This document shows, one piece after another, positions 28,680 through 39,276 of a stretch of 64,000 nucleotides of DNA (within the stretch, counting starts at the first letter, position 1; each line of letters begins with the position of its first letter). Below the pieces are notes generated by a model, which was not told the origin of the DNA, did no database searches, and saw only the letters and a list, made by a program, of their open reading frames with translations. The stretch comes from Thermoanaerobaculia bacterium. Its GTDB lineage: Bacteria; Acidobacteriota; Thermoanaerobaculia; Gp7-AA8. The translations under genes and the position numbers were made by a program. The stretch covers positions 42,860 through 106,859 of the forward strand of contig DASXHZ010000029.1 of the NCBI GenBank assembly GCA_036488085.1. Direction: 5' to 3'.

Positions 28680-29771
28680 ATGCAGAAAGCGCTCGTCGTC
28701 CTCCTTTCTGCCCTCTGCCTTCTGCATTCTGCATTCGAGGCCGACAGGCCCGGCCCCGACGGCTTCCTCCTCGCCCTCCCCGGCTACGACTATGCGTTCC
28801 CCCGCGACCACGGCTCGCACGACGGCTACCGCACCGAGTGGTGGTACTACACCGGCCACCTCCGGACGCACGACGGCCACCGCTACGGCTTCGAGCTGAC
28901 GCTTTTCCGCGTCGGTGTTGATCTGAAGCCGGCGGAATCGAATTGGGACCTCCGCCACCTCGCGCTCGCGCACTTCGCGATCACCGACGTCAACGGCAAG
29001 AGCTTCCGCTACTACGAAAAGCTGAACCGCTCGTCGCCGTACACGGCACGCGCAGCGGCCGGCTACCTCGACGTGTTCAACGAAGGATGGCGCGCGATCA
29101 CGTTGCGCGACGGGTCGTGGCGTATCGTCGCGAAGCAGGGGGACGACGCGATCGATCTCGTGCTGCGTTCTCGCAAACCGCCGGCAATCCACGGTGAGAA
29201 CGGCATTTCAGTGAAAGCGGCGGGCGAAGGCTACGCCTCGCACTACTACTCGATGACGCGTCTCGAAGCCTCGGGGAGCGTGAATGGCCATGCATGCATC
29301 GGAGAAGCGTGGATGGACCACGAGTTCGGTTCCTCCTCACTCCGCGAAAACCAGCGCGGGTGGGACTGGTACTCGATCCAGCTCGACAACGACGCCGAGG
29401 TCATGCTGTACGTCATCCGCCGTGCCGACGGGACGCCGGACACCACCTCCTCGGGCTCGGTGATCACCGCCGACGGCCACGTGATACCGATTCATCACGA
29501 CCAGATGCACATCACGTCGAAGCGGCGCTGGACATCAAAGAAGAGCAGCGCAACTTACCCCCTCGACTGGAACGTCGCCATCCCCTCCCTCGGCATCTCG
29601 CTCGCGCTCCATCCGCTCCTCGACGATCAGGAGCTCGTCACCCGCGAGTCGACGCGCGTCACCTATTGGGAGGGGGCGGTGAACGTCACCGGATCGTTCG
29701 ACAACATCGGCGTGAGCGGCGAGGGCTACGTCGAGATGACGGGATACGACCACGCCTTCCGCGCGCCCTGA
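28680..29771 (+). CDS. AttH/CrtC-family (hydroxyneurosporene synthase-like, lipocalin-like) secreted protein
   Basis: Signal peptide. Family signature YDYAFPRDHGSHDGYRTEWWYYTGHL. Confidence 0.75.
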   Translation: MQKALVVLLSALCLLHSAFEADRPGPDGFLLALPGYDYAFPRDHGSHDGYRTEWWYYTGHLRTHDGHRYGFELTLFRVGVDLKPAESNWDLRHLALAHFAITDVNGKSFRYYEKLNRSSPYTARAAAGYLDVFNEGWRAITLRDGSWRIVAKQGDDAIDLVLRSRKPPAIHGENGISVKAAGEGYASHYYSMTRLEASGSVNGHACIGEAWMDHEFGSSSLRENQRGWDWYSIQLDNDAEVMLYVIRRADGTPDTTSSGSVITADGHVIPIHHDQMHITSKRRWTSKKSSATYPLDWNVAIPSLGISLALHPLLDDQELVTRESTRVTYWEGAVNVTGSFDNIGVSGEGYVEMTGYDHAFRAP

Positions 29772-29802
29772 TTCTCTGGTATGTGGAGCCGGCCCCACAC
29801 AC

Positions 29803-31929
29803 TCACACGTTAGCTATGGTCCGCTGCTGGCCGATGCGGCGAATCTCGCGGATGAGTTGGGCGCGGGCGCTCTTGCCCTTCTGCACGAAGCTGGTGACTT
29901 TCGTCTGCAGGTCGCGGCGCTCGTCGGCGGAGATCTCTTTCGAGGTGAGCACGAGGATGGGGATGTTCGCGGTGAGTGGGTCTTCCTTCAGCGTGTCGGC
30001 AACTTCGAAGCCGCTCATGCCAGGCATCATCAGGTCGAGGATGATGACGTCGGGGATGTTCTCGCGGGCGGCGAGGAGTCCCTGTTCGCCGCTGAACGCG
30101 CTCTCGATCGCGAAGCCGGCTGTAGTCAACTCGACGTCGAGGAGCGAGTGCACCGCCGCGTCGTCGTCGATGAGGAGCAGCCGTGGGCGCGCGTCACTGC
30201 GCGTGGCGAGGGAGCGGACGCGCTCGATCAGGCGCTCGCGATCGACCGGCTTCACGAAATAGTCGTCGGCCCCGAGGGCCATGCCGAGGTCGCGGTTCTC
30301 GACGACCGAGATGATGATGATCGGGATGTCGCGCGTCGTGCCGTCCGCCTTCAGGCGCTTGAGCACTTCCCAGCCGTCGAGGCCTGGAAGAACGAGATCG
30401 AGCGTGATCGCCAACGGCCGGAGATCGCCGGCGAGCTTGATCGCCTCCTCGCCGTAACGCGCGCGCGCCGCGGAGTAGCCGGCGGAACGGAGCGCCGAGG
30501 CGATGAGGTCGTAGGCGTTCGGATCGTCTTCGACGACGAGGATGCGATCTTCCGCGGGCTCGAACTCGACCTTGCGCCAGACAACGGCCGCGCGTGAGCG
30601 TACCGGCAGGCGGAATGAGAATGTCGATCCGCGTCCCGGCGAGCTCTCGAGCGCCACGCGACCGCCTTGCAGCTCGACGAACCGTTTGACGAGCGCGAGA
30701 CCGAGGCCGGTGCCGCCGAACTCGCGCCGCACCGTGGCGTCGATCTGCCGGAACTCCTCGAAGATCATCTCGTGGTGGCGCGGATCGATGCCGATCCCCT
30801 CGTCCGCCACCGAGACGTTGATCGATCCCTCCTCCTGCGTCGCGCCGATGAACCGCGCCGAGATCGTGATCGTACTGTCGGCCGGCGAGAACTTGATCGA
30901 GTTCGAGACGAGGTTGAAGAGCACCTGCTTGAACTTCGCGAGGTCGGTCTCGATCAGCGGCAGATCGTTCGGGACGTCGACGACGAAGCGCGGGTACGAC
31001 TTCGTCATGCCGCGGATCATTTGGCAGACGCTCTCGATGACCGGCGCGATCGAGAAGTACTCGGGGAAGATCTCCATCTTCCCGGCCTCGATCTTCGACA
31101 GATCGAGTATGTCGTTGATGATGCCGAGCAGGTGCTGCCCCGAGGCGTGGATGTGCTTGAGGAAGCCGTAGTGCTTCGCCTCAATGGTCGGTTCCAGGCG
31201 GTCGACGAGAATCTCCGAGAAGCCGATGATCGAGTTGAGCGGCGTCCGCAGCTCGTGCGACATGTTCGCGAGAAACTGGCTCTTGAGACGGTCCGACTCC
31301 TGGATGCGGCGGTTGGCGGCCGCGAGCTCGTCGGTGAGGCGCCGTAGCTCGCCGATCTGCTCCTTCTCCTCCGACTCGAGCGCGCGGATGCGGAGCCGCT
31401 TCTGCTGCAGGTCGGCGATCCCCGCCAGGAAGTAGAACGAGGCGCCGAAGAGGAAAAGCATGCGCGTCAGCGCGCGGAAGAAAACGGCGTCCAGCGGCGT
31501 CGCCTGATCCGCGAGCATGAGCATGCCGAGGTACGCGACGGCCGAGCCGGCGCAGACCGCATATGCCGTCCGCTTGTTCGCCGCGAATGCCGCGGCGGCG
31601 GCGGGAGTCAGGTAGAAGAGGTACCACGGGCTGTCGATACCGCCGGTGGCGAATATCGCGGCGGTCACAAGGATGACGTCGGTGGTGAGCCAGAGCGGGT
31701 TCAGAACGTCGCGCGATATCCGGCGACGGAACAGCTCGTAGAACAGGAACGCGATCGCCGACGACGCGATCCAGGTGAAGACCGCGAGCTCGATGCGGAG
31801 CGGAAAGACGCCGAGCGCCGACCCGATGAGCGACACCGCCAGCGCGCCGGTGTAGACGAAGATGTGGCTCTTCTGAACGGCAAGGTCGAAGCGCACCACG
31901 CTTTCGCGCGGCTCGTTGCTGGCTACCAT
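29803..31929 (-). CDS. Hybrid sensor histidine kinase / dual response-regulator receiver protein
   Basis: N-terminal multi-TM sensor. HisKA H-box (FLANMSHELRTPLNSI). HATPase_c N/G boxes. Two REC domains with conserved D (ITLDLVLPGLDG; VIILDLMMPGMSG). Confidence 0.9.
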   Translation of the reverse strand: MVASNEPRESVVRFDLAVQKSHIFVYTGALAVSLIGSALGVFPLRIELAVFTWIASSAIAFLFYELFRRRISRDVLNPLWLTTDVILVTAAIFATGGIDSPWYLFYLTPAAAAAFAANKRTAYAVCAGSAVAYLGMLMLADQATPLDAVFFRALTRMLFLFGASFYFLAGIADLQQKRLRIRALESEEKEQIGELRRLTDELAAANRRIQESDRLKSQFLANMSHELRTPLNSIIGFSEILVDRLEPTIEAKHYGFLKHIHASGQHLLGIINDILDLSKIEAGKMEIFPEYFSIAPVIESVCQMIRGMTKSYPRFVVDVPNDLPLIETDLAKFKQVLFNLVSNSIKFSPADSTITISARFIGATQEEGSINVSVADEGIGIDPRHHEMIFEEFRQIDATVRREFGGTGLGLALVKRFVELQGGRVALESSPGRGSTFSFRLPVRSRAAVVWRKVEFEPAEDRILVVEDDPNAYDLIASALRSAGYSAARARYGEEAIKLAGDLRPLAITLDLVLPGLDGWEVLKRLKADGTTRDIPIIIISVVENRDLGMALGADDYFVKPVDRERLIERVRSLATRSDARPRLLLIDDDAAVHSLLDVELTTAGFAIESAFSGEQGLLAARENIPDVIILDLMMPGMSGFEVADTLKEDPLTANIPILVLTSKEISADERRDLQTKVTSFVQKGKSARAQLIREIRRIGQQRTIANV

Positions 31930-31944
31930 AGGGATGGGAGGATT

Positions 31945-33000
31945 CTAATGCGTCCGGGCGGCGGCAAACCGCTTCAGGAGGTCGCGCAGCTCGGCGCCGA
32001 CCGCTTTTGTTGCCGATTCGCTTGAGGCGTTGGTCGACACCGCGACGGCGACGTTGTCGTGCGGCGCGATGGCGATCACGGTCACGAACGTGTCGGCGCT
32101 GCCCGAATGCGTGGCAACGTCCTCCAAGCCGGCGAAAGTCGCGACGCCGAACCCGAGACCGCTCTTCTTCCGCTTCGTGTGCATCACGGTGGCGGTGGCG
32201 GGTGAGATCAGCGTTTTCTCCCCGCGCATGGCGAGGAGGTGCGCGCGGAGGAACATCGCGAGATCGTCGGTCGACATGTGGAGGTCGCCTGCGGGCGCGA
32301 TGAAGTCCTGGAGCTGATACTTGCCGTGCGGATCGACCGGCTTGAACGCGCCGTTCGCTTCCTCATGCCCCCAGACGCGCGCCGGCCACCCGATTCCCGC
32401 CGACGTCATGTGCAGTGGATCGAAGATGCGGGTGCGAACGAGATCCTCCCACGACCGCTTCGACACCTTCTCGGCGATCGCGGCCGCGACGACGTAGCCG
32501 GCGTTCGAGTATTGGAACTGCGTGCGCGGAGCAACCGCCGGCGGCTGGCTCAGGACGTATTCGGCGAACCCACGGCGGCGCTCCGTCGCGTTTCCCTTCA
32601 GCGGAGGAAGCTTCGCGATCTCCGCGTCTTCGCCGTACGGCGGGAGTCCCGCCTCGTGCGCGAGCAGGTCGGCGACCGTGACGTCCTTGTAGTCAGCGCG
32701 AATCTTCCACTCCGGGAAGACGTCTGCGACCTTCGTCTCCCACCCGACGCGCTTCTCCTCCACCAGCATCGCGATGATCGTTGCCGTGAACGGCTTCGTG
32801 CACGAACCGATATGAAACGCGTCCGCGTTCGTGACCTGCTCCGTCGTCCCAAGCTTCGTCACCCCCGCCGACCCATGCGCCACGATCCCCTCACTCGTCA
32901 CGACCGTCGCCTGCATCGCCGGCAAGTGCACAGCATCAATGCGAGTCTTCAGCTCCGCGGAAAGGTCGACAGTCGCAGCGAGGATGAATGCGGCAAGCAT
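31945..33000 (-). CDS. Serine hydrolase, beta-lactamase (class C / AmpC-like) family
   Basis: SxxK motif (FHIGSCTKPFTA). Signal peptide. Confidence 0.8.
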   Translation of the reverse strand: MLAAFILAATVDLSAELKTRIDAVHLPAMQATVVTSEGIVAHGSAGVTKLGTTEQVTNADAFHIGSCTKPFTATIIAMLVEEKRVGWETKVADVFPEWKIRADYKDVTVADLLAHEAGLPPYGEDAEIAKLPPLKGNATERRRGFAEYVLSQPPAVAPRTQFQYSNAGYVVAAAIAEKVSKRSWEDLVRTRIFDPLHMTSAGIGWPARVWGHEEANGAFKPVDPHGKYQLQDFIAPAGDLHMSTDDLAMFLRAHLLAMRGEKTLISPATATVMHTKRKKSGLGFGVATFAGLEDVATHSGSADTFVTVIAIAPHDNVAVAVSTNASSESATKAVGAELRDLLKRFAAARTH

Positions 33001-33048
33001 TGTGTGAAGTACGGTCCCGACGCGATCGGGTTTCGATCGTTCACGCGC

Positions 33049-34449
33049 CTATTTCGGCGAGCGGATGCGCGGGATCCAGGAGGCATCCGCCGTCTGGCCG
33101 GTGGCGAGGTTTTCGCCGTCGATCGTGAAGCCGATGAAGGCGATGGCCATCTCGTCGGTGGTCGACTCGCCCCAGGAGACCGGCTTCGGGGGGTAGTTCG
33201 GGTTGCGGAGGTTGTTCTCCGAGTTGTCGAAGGTCGCGGTCATCTTGAAGGTGGTGAACGGATAGACCGGCACCGGATTGACGAATCGGTAGACGCCCTG
33301 CCAGTTGAAGTCCCAGTCGTCGATGTTGATCAGGCAGGACTTTTCGCTGCCGAACGACATGTCGACGTTCATCTTCCTGCCGAGGAGGTGCATGTGCGGC
33401 GCGATGAGCCAGAGGTGCGCGGCGACGGGGGTCGTGAATGACGCGGTCACCGGATATGCCGGGTCGTTCGGCGGAATCGTGAACGTGTCGTTGATCAGCG
33501 GCAGGATGCGGAGGAGCTGCTTCGGCTTCTGTTTCGCGAAGTAGATGCCGATCGACGTCTGGTCGGGCTTCGGGGAGCTGTCGTGCGGGTGATAGTGCAC
33601 CTGCAGGACGACGCGCGAATTCGCGGGAAGAAGGAACGCGACGTCCGACGGCAAACTCATCGCCCGCATGCCGGGCGCCCAGCCGCCGAGCGACGCGGCG
33701 CTCGGGTTCTCAATCGTGAAGCCGGGGCCGCCGAACGAGGTGTAGCCGGGACCGGGGTCGTTGGCGTCGAGCGTTGCCGACTCGCCCGTCGTATCGATGT
33801 AGGCGATGACGTGATGGACGCTGGCGCGGTCACCGGGATGGATGTCGATCGCGGAGACGTACGTGTCCGCCGGCAGGTTGGTCGGCAGCGTGAAGCAGCG
33901 ATACATGTCGCCGCTCGCCGGCGGCGTGTACGGGTCGGGATTGGAGAGAACAAGATCGGGCTGGCCGAGGGTCCAGCCGCTGGAGAAATCGATCGGCGTG
34001 GGGAGGTCCTTCGGATCGCCCTCCGGAGCCCCGCCGTTCACCCACTTCACGAGGGTGTCAATGTCGCTCTGCGGCAGCGGCCCGCGCGCTTCGGCGAACT
34101 CGTTGCAACCCTGCACCGGCTTCCACGGCGGCATCTGGTGCGTCTGCACCATGTAGCGGATGTCGAACGCCTCCGGTTTCGCGCTCGCGTAATCCATCAA
34201 CGAGAACGGCGCGATGTCGCCCGGGTGATGGCAGGTCTGGCAGTGGTCCTGAAAAATCCGGACGACTTCCTTGTTGAATGTGGGCCCCGCCGGCACGACC
34301 GGATGCACGACGGCACGTTGCCGCGCGCCGATGAACGTCAGCGCGATGACAGCGGTTGCGAGAAGTGCAGCGGCGCGGTTCAACCGTTTTTTCAGAAGGG
34401 GGGGCAATCTAGTTCCTTTGTTGGAAGGGTAACAACGCGCCCGACACAA
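33049..34449 (-). CDS. Cytochrome c domain fused to copper type II monooxygenase-like (PHM/DBH-like) domain protein
   Basis: CxxCH haem motif (CQTCHH). Downstream HH ... H ... HMH ... M spacing resembles the CuH/CuM ligand pattern of peptidylglycine monooxygenase-like proteins. Confidence 0.55.
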   Translation of the reverse strand: MCRARCYPSNKGTRLPPLLKKRLNRAAALLATAVIALTFIGARQRAVVHPVVPAGPTFNKEVVRIFQDHCQTCHHPGDIAPFSLMDYASAKPEAFDIRYMVQTHQMPPWKPVQGCNEFAEARGPLPQSDIDTLVKWVNGGAPEGDPKDLPTPIDFSSGWTLGQPDLVLSNPDPYTPPASGDMYRCFTLPTNLPADTYVSAIDIHPGDRASVHHVIAYIDTTGESATLDANDPGPGYTSFGGPGFTIENPSAASLGGWAPGMRAMSLPSDVAFLLPANSRVVLQVHYHPHDSSPKPDQTSIGIYFAKQKPKQLLRILPLINDTFTIPPNDPAYPVTASFTTPVAAHLWLIAPHMHLLGRKMNVDMSFGSEKSCLINIDDWDFNWQGVYRFVNPVPVYPFTTFKMTATFDNSENNLRNPNYPPKPVSWGESTTDEMAIAFIGFTIDGENLATGQTADASWIPRIRSPK

Positions 34450-35956
34450 CCTTCCCGTCGACCATCGTCATCGTGGCGCGCGTCTCCGGAAGGCTCGACG
34501 ACGCGATGTGAAAGATGTCCTGCGTCAGCACCGCGAGGTCGGCGAGCTTGCCGGGAGCGAGCGTCCCTTTGTCCTTCTCCGCCATCTCCGCATACGCGCC
34601 GCCGGCGGTGAGGGCGTCGACCGCCTGAGCCACCGTGAGCGACTCGGCGCCGTTGTTCACCGCGTTCTGGATCGCGACGAACGGATTCGACGACCCCCCC
34701 TCGGACCCGAACGCCAGCGGGATCTTGTTCGCGAGGATCGTCTTCAGCGCGAAGACGTTCTGCTGGGCCGGGTAGAAGGAGCGCAGCCCGAAACGCGCCG
34801 GCGTCGCCACGATCACCACGCCCGCCTTCGCGGCGCGCGCGAGGAGGTCCCCGGTGACGCCGTCGCCACGGTCGAGCCGGACACGTGTCGCCGGAGGAAC
34901 CGCCGCCCCGTCGATGGCGTCGAGCACGATACGGATCGCGCGGTCGCCCGCGACGTCGAACAGCGGCTGCTGCACCGACTGCTTCGTCGCGTTCAGCATC
35001 GCCTTGAGCTGGTCGGTCGTGAAGTTGACCTTCCCGTTCTCGTCCTTCGTGCCGGGATAGACCCCGCTGATCGCCGCCGTGTGGTCGAGCGGCGTTCCGT
35101 CGACGACGTACTCCGTCGGATGACCGGCGCTCGACGGCTCGCCGGGAAGCACGAGCTCCATCTCGCGCAGCCGCGCCGCGACCCCCGCGCGCATCGTGGC
35201 TCGATGGAAGCGGGCGTACGGCAGCAGCGAGACGTTCTGGAGCGTCGTCACGCCGTGCAGCAGCGCATCGGCGCCGGCGTCGTGGATCACGGTCTGAACC
35301 TGCTCGTCGTCGGCGAGATCGGCGAGCCGCTGTTTCAGCAGGAAGTGGGCGTACTCGTACGCTTTGCCGTCGACCTTCCCCTGCGCGTCGTGGCCGAACC
35401 AGCCGCCCGCCGGGTCGGCCATGCTGCCGGCGTGAATGCTCGTGAGCGCGCTGTCGCTCCAGACGCCCGCGTGGCCGCTGTTCGTCTCGAGCATCACCCG
35501 CCGGTGTTTGGTGATCGTATCGAGGAACGCCGAGGTCATCCGCGGGTCGCGCAATACCTCGGGGCCGATGATTCCGCCCACCCACACGTCCCCCGCCGAC
35601 TCGCTCGTGATCCATTCGAGCCCGGCGCGCACCTCGTCGAAGCTTGCCGCTTCCGTCGTGGAGATGCGCTGCCGGTCCGGACCGATCGCCAACTGCACGT
35701 GCGCGTCGTTCATACCCGGGATCACCACCGCGCCGCTCAGGTCGTACTTTGACGTGTTGTGGTCGGAGAGCGCGTCGATCTCCGCATCCGTGCCGACCGC
35801 CAGGATCCGCTTGCCGGAGATGGCGATCGCCTGCGCGAAGTGCGCCGGATCGCCGGTGTACACCTTCCCGTGGAGCAGCACGGTGTCGGCGGTCTCGGCG
35901 TAGAGGGGAAGGGAAAGAAGAGAGAGGACGAGGGGAAGGAGGCGGTTCATTGCCAT
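34409..35956 (-). CDS. Amidohydrolase-family (Amidohydro_3) metallo-dependent hydrolase, secreted
   Basis: Signal peptide MAMNRLLPLVLSLLSLPLYA. Metal-binding ...IPGMNDAHVQL and C-terminal amidohydrolase blocks. Confidence 0.8.
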   Translation of the reverse strand: MAMNRLLPLVLSLLSLPLYAETADTVLLHGKVYTGDPAHFAQAIAISGKRILAVGTDAEIDALSDHNTSKYDLSGAVVIPGMNDAHVQLAIGPDRQRISTTEAASFDEVRAGLEWITSESAGDVWVGGIIGPEVLRDPRMTSAFLDTITKHRRVMLETNSGHAGVWSDSALTSIHAGSMADPAGGWFGHDAQGKVDGKAYEYAHFLLKQRLADLADDEQVQTVIHDAGADALLHGVTTLQNVSLLPYARFHRATMRAGVAARLREMELVLPGEPSSAGHPTEYVVDGTPLDHTAAISGVYPGTKDENGKVNFTTDQLKAMLNATKQSVQQPLFDVAGDRAIRIVLDAIDGAAVPPATRVRLDRGDGVTGDLLARAAKAGVVIVATPARFGLRSFYPAQQNVFALKTILANKIPLAFGSEGGSSNPFVAIQNAVNNGAESLTVAQAVDALTAGGAYAEMAEKDKGTLAPGKLADLAVLTQDIFHIASSSLPETRATMTMVDGKVVSGALLPFQQRN

Positions 35957-35978
35957 CTCATTTGGACGGGCGATGAGT

Positions 35979-38534
35979 CTACTCGGTCTTGGTGGCGCTC
36001 GCGAGGTCGATGCGCCCGGCGAGCCGTGCCGGGACGAGGCCGGCAAGCACGGAGGCGGCGAACGTGATCGCGAGCGAGGCGGCGATCAGGGCGGCCGGCG
36101 TGTGAAACTCGATCGTCCAGCCGAACGACTGCTTGTTGATGACGTTGATCAGGATCCAAGACAGTGCGTACCCCATGACGACGCCGGTGAGCGTCGCGGC
36201 GATGCCGAGGAGCGCCGACTCGAGGAGCAGCATCGTGCGCAACTCGCGGAGCGACATGCCGGCGACGCGGAGGAGCGCCAGCTCGCGCGTCCGCTCCAGG
36301 ATCAGCGCCGAGAGCGTGTTGATGATGCCGAGGACCGCTACTACGATCGCGACGCCGAGGAGTGCGTACGTGATGAGGAACGTCTGGTCGAAGATATTCA
36401 TCACCTCGCGGCGGATGGCCGCATTCGTAACCGTGAACGCGCCGTACTTCGCCCCGAACAGCGCCTCGAGACGGCGGCGTGCGGCGTCGCGGTCGACGTT
36501 CGGCTTCAGGTAGAGGATGACCGTGTTGATCCGGTCATCGTCGTACGCGGCGATGTAGTCGGGGCGGTTCATGACGACGACGCCGCGGTCGTTCGAGTAG
36601 TCGCGGTAGATGCCGCAGATCGTGTAGGTGCGCGGGCCGTGCGCGGTCGGAAGCGTGAGCGCGTCGCCGACACCTTTGCCGAACTTCAGCGAGAAACTCT
36701 CCGAGACGAAGACTCCGTGGACGCGGATCATCTCGTAGAGCGCCGGCTTCGATTGGCGCGGCGTCACCATTGGGATGTTGCCGAAAGCGGCCGCCACGCG
36801 CGTGTCGCCGCTGCCGATCGTGACGTAGGCGTCGCGGTAGATGATGTCGCGGCCGTGCACCGGGTCGGCGGCGGCGATGAAGGCGACCTTACGCAGGTCG
36901 TCGAGAATCGCCGGCGGGAAGAGCGCGACGTCGGCGTTGGTGAGCCCCTTCGCCGGACGCAGCCAAAGGTCGGAGCGGACGGTCTGGTCGATCCAGGTGT
37001 TCACCGTGACGCGGAAACTGCCGACCATCAGCGCGACCGCGACCATCATTCCGGTTGCCAACGCGAGCGCGGCAGTGGCGATCGCGGTGCGGCGCAGCGA
37101 GGCGTTTAGCGAGCGCGCCGCGAGCTGGCCGACGATGCCGAACAGGCGACGGAAGGGCGGCGCGGCGATCGCCGCGATGCCGCGCACGATGGCGGGGGCG
37201 AGCATCGAGAAGCCGGCGACGACGAAGAGGACGGAGATGTAGCCCGCGACGGCGATGCCTCTGACAGGTGGGATCCTCGCGACAAGTGCGGCTAGAACGA
37301 AAAACAGTGTAGAGCCGCCGACCTCGGCGGCTCCTCTCCGCCGCCGAGTCGGCGGCGCCACACTGAGGCCGCGCATCATTGACAGGGGGCGGATGCGCGA
37401 GGCTTCAATCGACGGCGCGATGGCGGAGAGGAGGGAGAGCACCACACCGACCGCCACCCCGAGCACGATCACGTCCGGCGTCAGCACGATCGCCTCGGGG
37501 CGCGAGGTCACGTACAACGCATTCACCGTCCGTCCGATGAGCGACAGAATCCCCTCGGCGAGCACGTTCCCGAGGGCGATGCCGAGGACCGAGCCGATGG
37601 CGCCGAAGAGCAGGCCTTCGGAGAGGAAAGCGGCGAAGATCTGCCGCGGGGCGGCGCCGAGCGTCTTGAGAATCCCGACGTCGCGGCGGCGGCGCAGGAT
37701 CGAGATCAGCACCGTGTTGTAGACGAGGAACATCCCGACCAGCAGCGCCACGCCGGCGAGCGCGAAGAGGTTCACGCGGAAGGCACGCAGCATGTTCTCC
37801 ACGCGCTCGTTCCGTCGCGAGGGGCGCTCGAGGCGCGTCGAGGGAGGGAGCGCACGCGCGATCCGCATCGCGATGGTGTCGTCAGGGACGAGCATGTCGA
37901 CGCGCGAAAGGCGGCCGAGCATCCCGAACGCCTTCTGCGCCGTGGCGATGTCGCAGACCACGATCGCGCCGTTGAACGCCGTCGCCGGGCCGCGCGCTTC
38001 GAGAATGCCGCGCACCGTCATCGTCCGCCGGATGCCGAGGATGCTGAGCGTCAGCGGCGAACCGAGCGCCAGGTGATGTTCGCGCGCGTACGGCGCCGGA
38101 ACGATCACCGCGTCGGGTTGAAAAAACGACTGCAGCGCCGCGCCCTGAATGCGCGCGTAGCGATAGTCGCGGAAGTGGAGGTCGCTCAGCAGGTCGACGG
38201 CGAGCATCCGGACCGGTTGCTGGGTGGCGGCTTCCATCCCCTCGACGTCGATGCCTTCCACGTCGATCACCGGCGCGAAGCGGACGCCGTCGTCCCAGAA
38301 GGGCTGCAGCTTCAGCAACAACTCCTCGGGGAGCGTCCCCGCTTCCGGCACGATCTGATAATTCGCGCGGCCGGCGACCGCGTCGACCGACTCGCGGAAC
38401 GCCCGCAACGCGCTCTGGTTCGCGAGCTGGATGGCGACGATGACCGCGACGCCGACGGCGATCCCTGCGACCGTAAGCGCCGTCCGCGTTTTCTCACGAA
38501 CGATCGGGCGGAGGACGAGCGCGCGCGCGATCAT
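35979..38534 (-). CDS. ABC transporter permease, duplicated FtsX/MacB-like domains
   Basis: 851 aa with two FtsX-type 4-TM modules and large periplasmic loops. Overlaps the ATPase gene by 4 nt. Confidence 0.85.
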   Translation of the reverse strand: MIARALVLRPIVREKTRTALTVAGIAVGVAVIVAIQLANQSALRAFRESVDAVAGRANYQIVPEAGTLPEELLLKLQPFWDDGVRFAPVIDVEGIDVEGMEAATQQPVRMLAVDLLSDLHFRDYRYARIQGAALQSFFQPDAVIVPAPYAREHHLALGSPLTLSILGIRRTMTVRGILEARGPATAFNGAIVVCDIATAQKAFGMLGRLSRVDMLVPDDTIAMRIARALPPSTRLERPSRRNERVENMLRAFRVNLFALAGVALLVGMFLVYNTVLISILRRRRDVGILKTLGAAPRQIFAAFLSEGLLFGAIGSVLGIALGNVLAEGILSLIGRTVNALYVTSRPEAIVLTPDVIVLGVAVGVVLSLLSAIAPSIEASRIRPLSMMRGLSVAPPTRRRRGAAEVGGSTLFFVLAALVARIPPVRGIAVAGYISVLFVVAGFSMLAPAIVRGIAAIAAPPFRRLFGIVGQLAARSLNASLRRTAIATAALALATGMMVAVALMVGSFRVTVNTWIDQTVRSDLWLRPAKGLTNADVALFPPAILDDLRKVAFIAAADPVHGRDIIYRDAYVTIGSGDTRVAAAFGNIPMVTPRQSKPALYEMIRVHGVFVSESFSLKFGKGVGDALTLPTAHGPRTYTICGIYRDYSNDRGVVVMNRPDYIAAYDDDRINTVILYLKPNVDRDAARRRLEALFGAKYGAFTVTNAAIRREVMNIFDQTFLITYALLGVAIVVAVLGIINTLSALILERTRELALLRVAGMSLRELRTMLLLESALLGIAATLTGVVMGYALSWILINVINKQSFGWTIEFHTPAALIAASLAITFAASVLAGLVPARLAGRIDLASATKTE

Positions 38535-39211
38535 GCGCGCGTCACGCGTCCATCCGCGACGTCGATCACCGACTGTCCGAACGAGGCGGCGCGCTCCGAG
38601 TGCGTCGCCATCACGATCGTGGCGCGCGTCGCGGCGTGAACGTCGCGCAACAGCTCCAGCACCCGCTCGCCGTTGCGCGAATCGAGATTGCCGGTCGGCT
38701 CGTCGGCGAGGACGAGCGCGGGGCGGTGCACGATGGCGCGGCCGATGGCGACGCGCTGCATCTCGCCGCCGGAGAGCTCGTTCGGCGAATGCGTCGCCCG
38801 GTGCGCCAGGCCGACCTGCTCGAGCACCTCGGACACCCGCGTCCGAACCTCTTCACGCGGACGCTTCGCGAGCGAGAGCGGGAACGCCACGTTCTCGAAC
38901 ACCGTGAGGGTCGGAATCAGATTGAAGAACTGGAACACGAAGCCGAGCCGCAGCCGCCGGAGAGACGTGAGCTGCGCCTCCGACATCGCCGACGTCTCGT
39001 CGTCGCCGAGGAAGAGGCGGCCGGAGGTGGGACGGTCCACGGCGCCGATCAGATTGAGGAGCGTCGACTTACCGCTCCCCGAGGCGCCGCGCAGCACCGC
39101 GAACTCCCCCGTGGCGATCTCCAGCGATACGTCGTCCAGCACCTGCACCGCCGCCGACTCCGCGGTCGGCGAATACGTGTGCGTGACGTGTTCGAGGCGG
39201 ACGCGCATCAT
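38531..39211 (-). CDS. ABC transporter ATP-binding protein (MacB/LolD-like)
   Basis: Walker A GASGSGKST, signature LSGGEMQR, Walker B LVLADEPTGNLD. Confidence 0.9.
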   Translation of the reverse strand: MMRVRLEHVTHTYSPTAESAAVQVLDDVSLEIATGEFAVLRGASGSGKSTLLNLIGAVDRPTSGRLFLGDDETSAMSEAQLTSLRRLRLGFVFQFFNLIPTLTVFENVAFPLSLAKRPREEVRTRVSEVLEQVGLAHRATHSPNELSGGEMQRVAIGRAIVHRPALVLADEPTGNLDSRNGERVLELLRDVHAATRATIVMATHSERAASFGQSVIDVADGRVTRA

Positions 39212-39276
39212 TTGATTCTACGTTGGGCAAATTTCTGCATATGCTTCTCGCGCTGTGAACGAAGGAGGTTTCTCCC

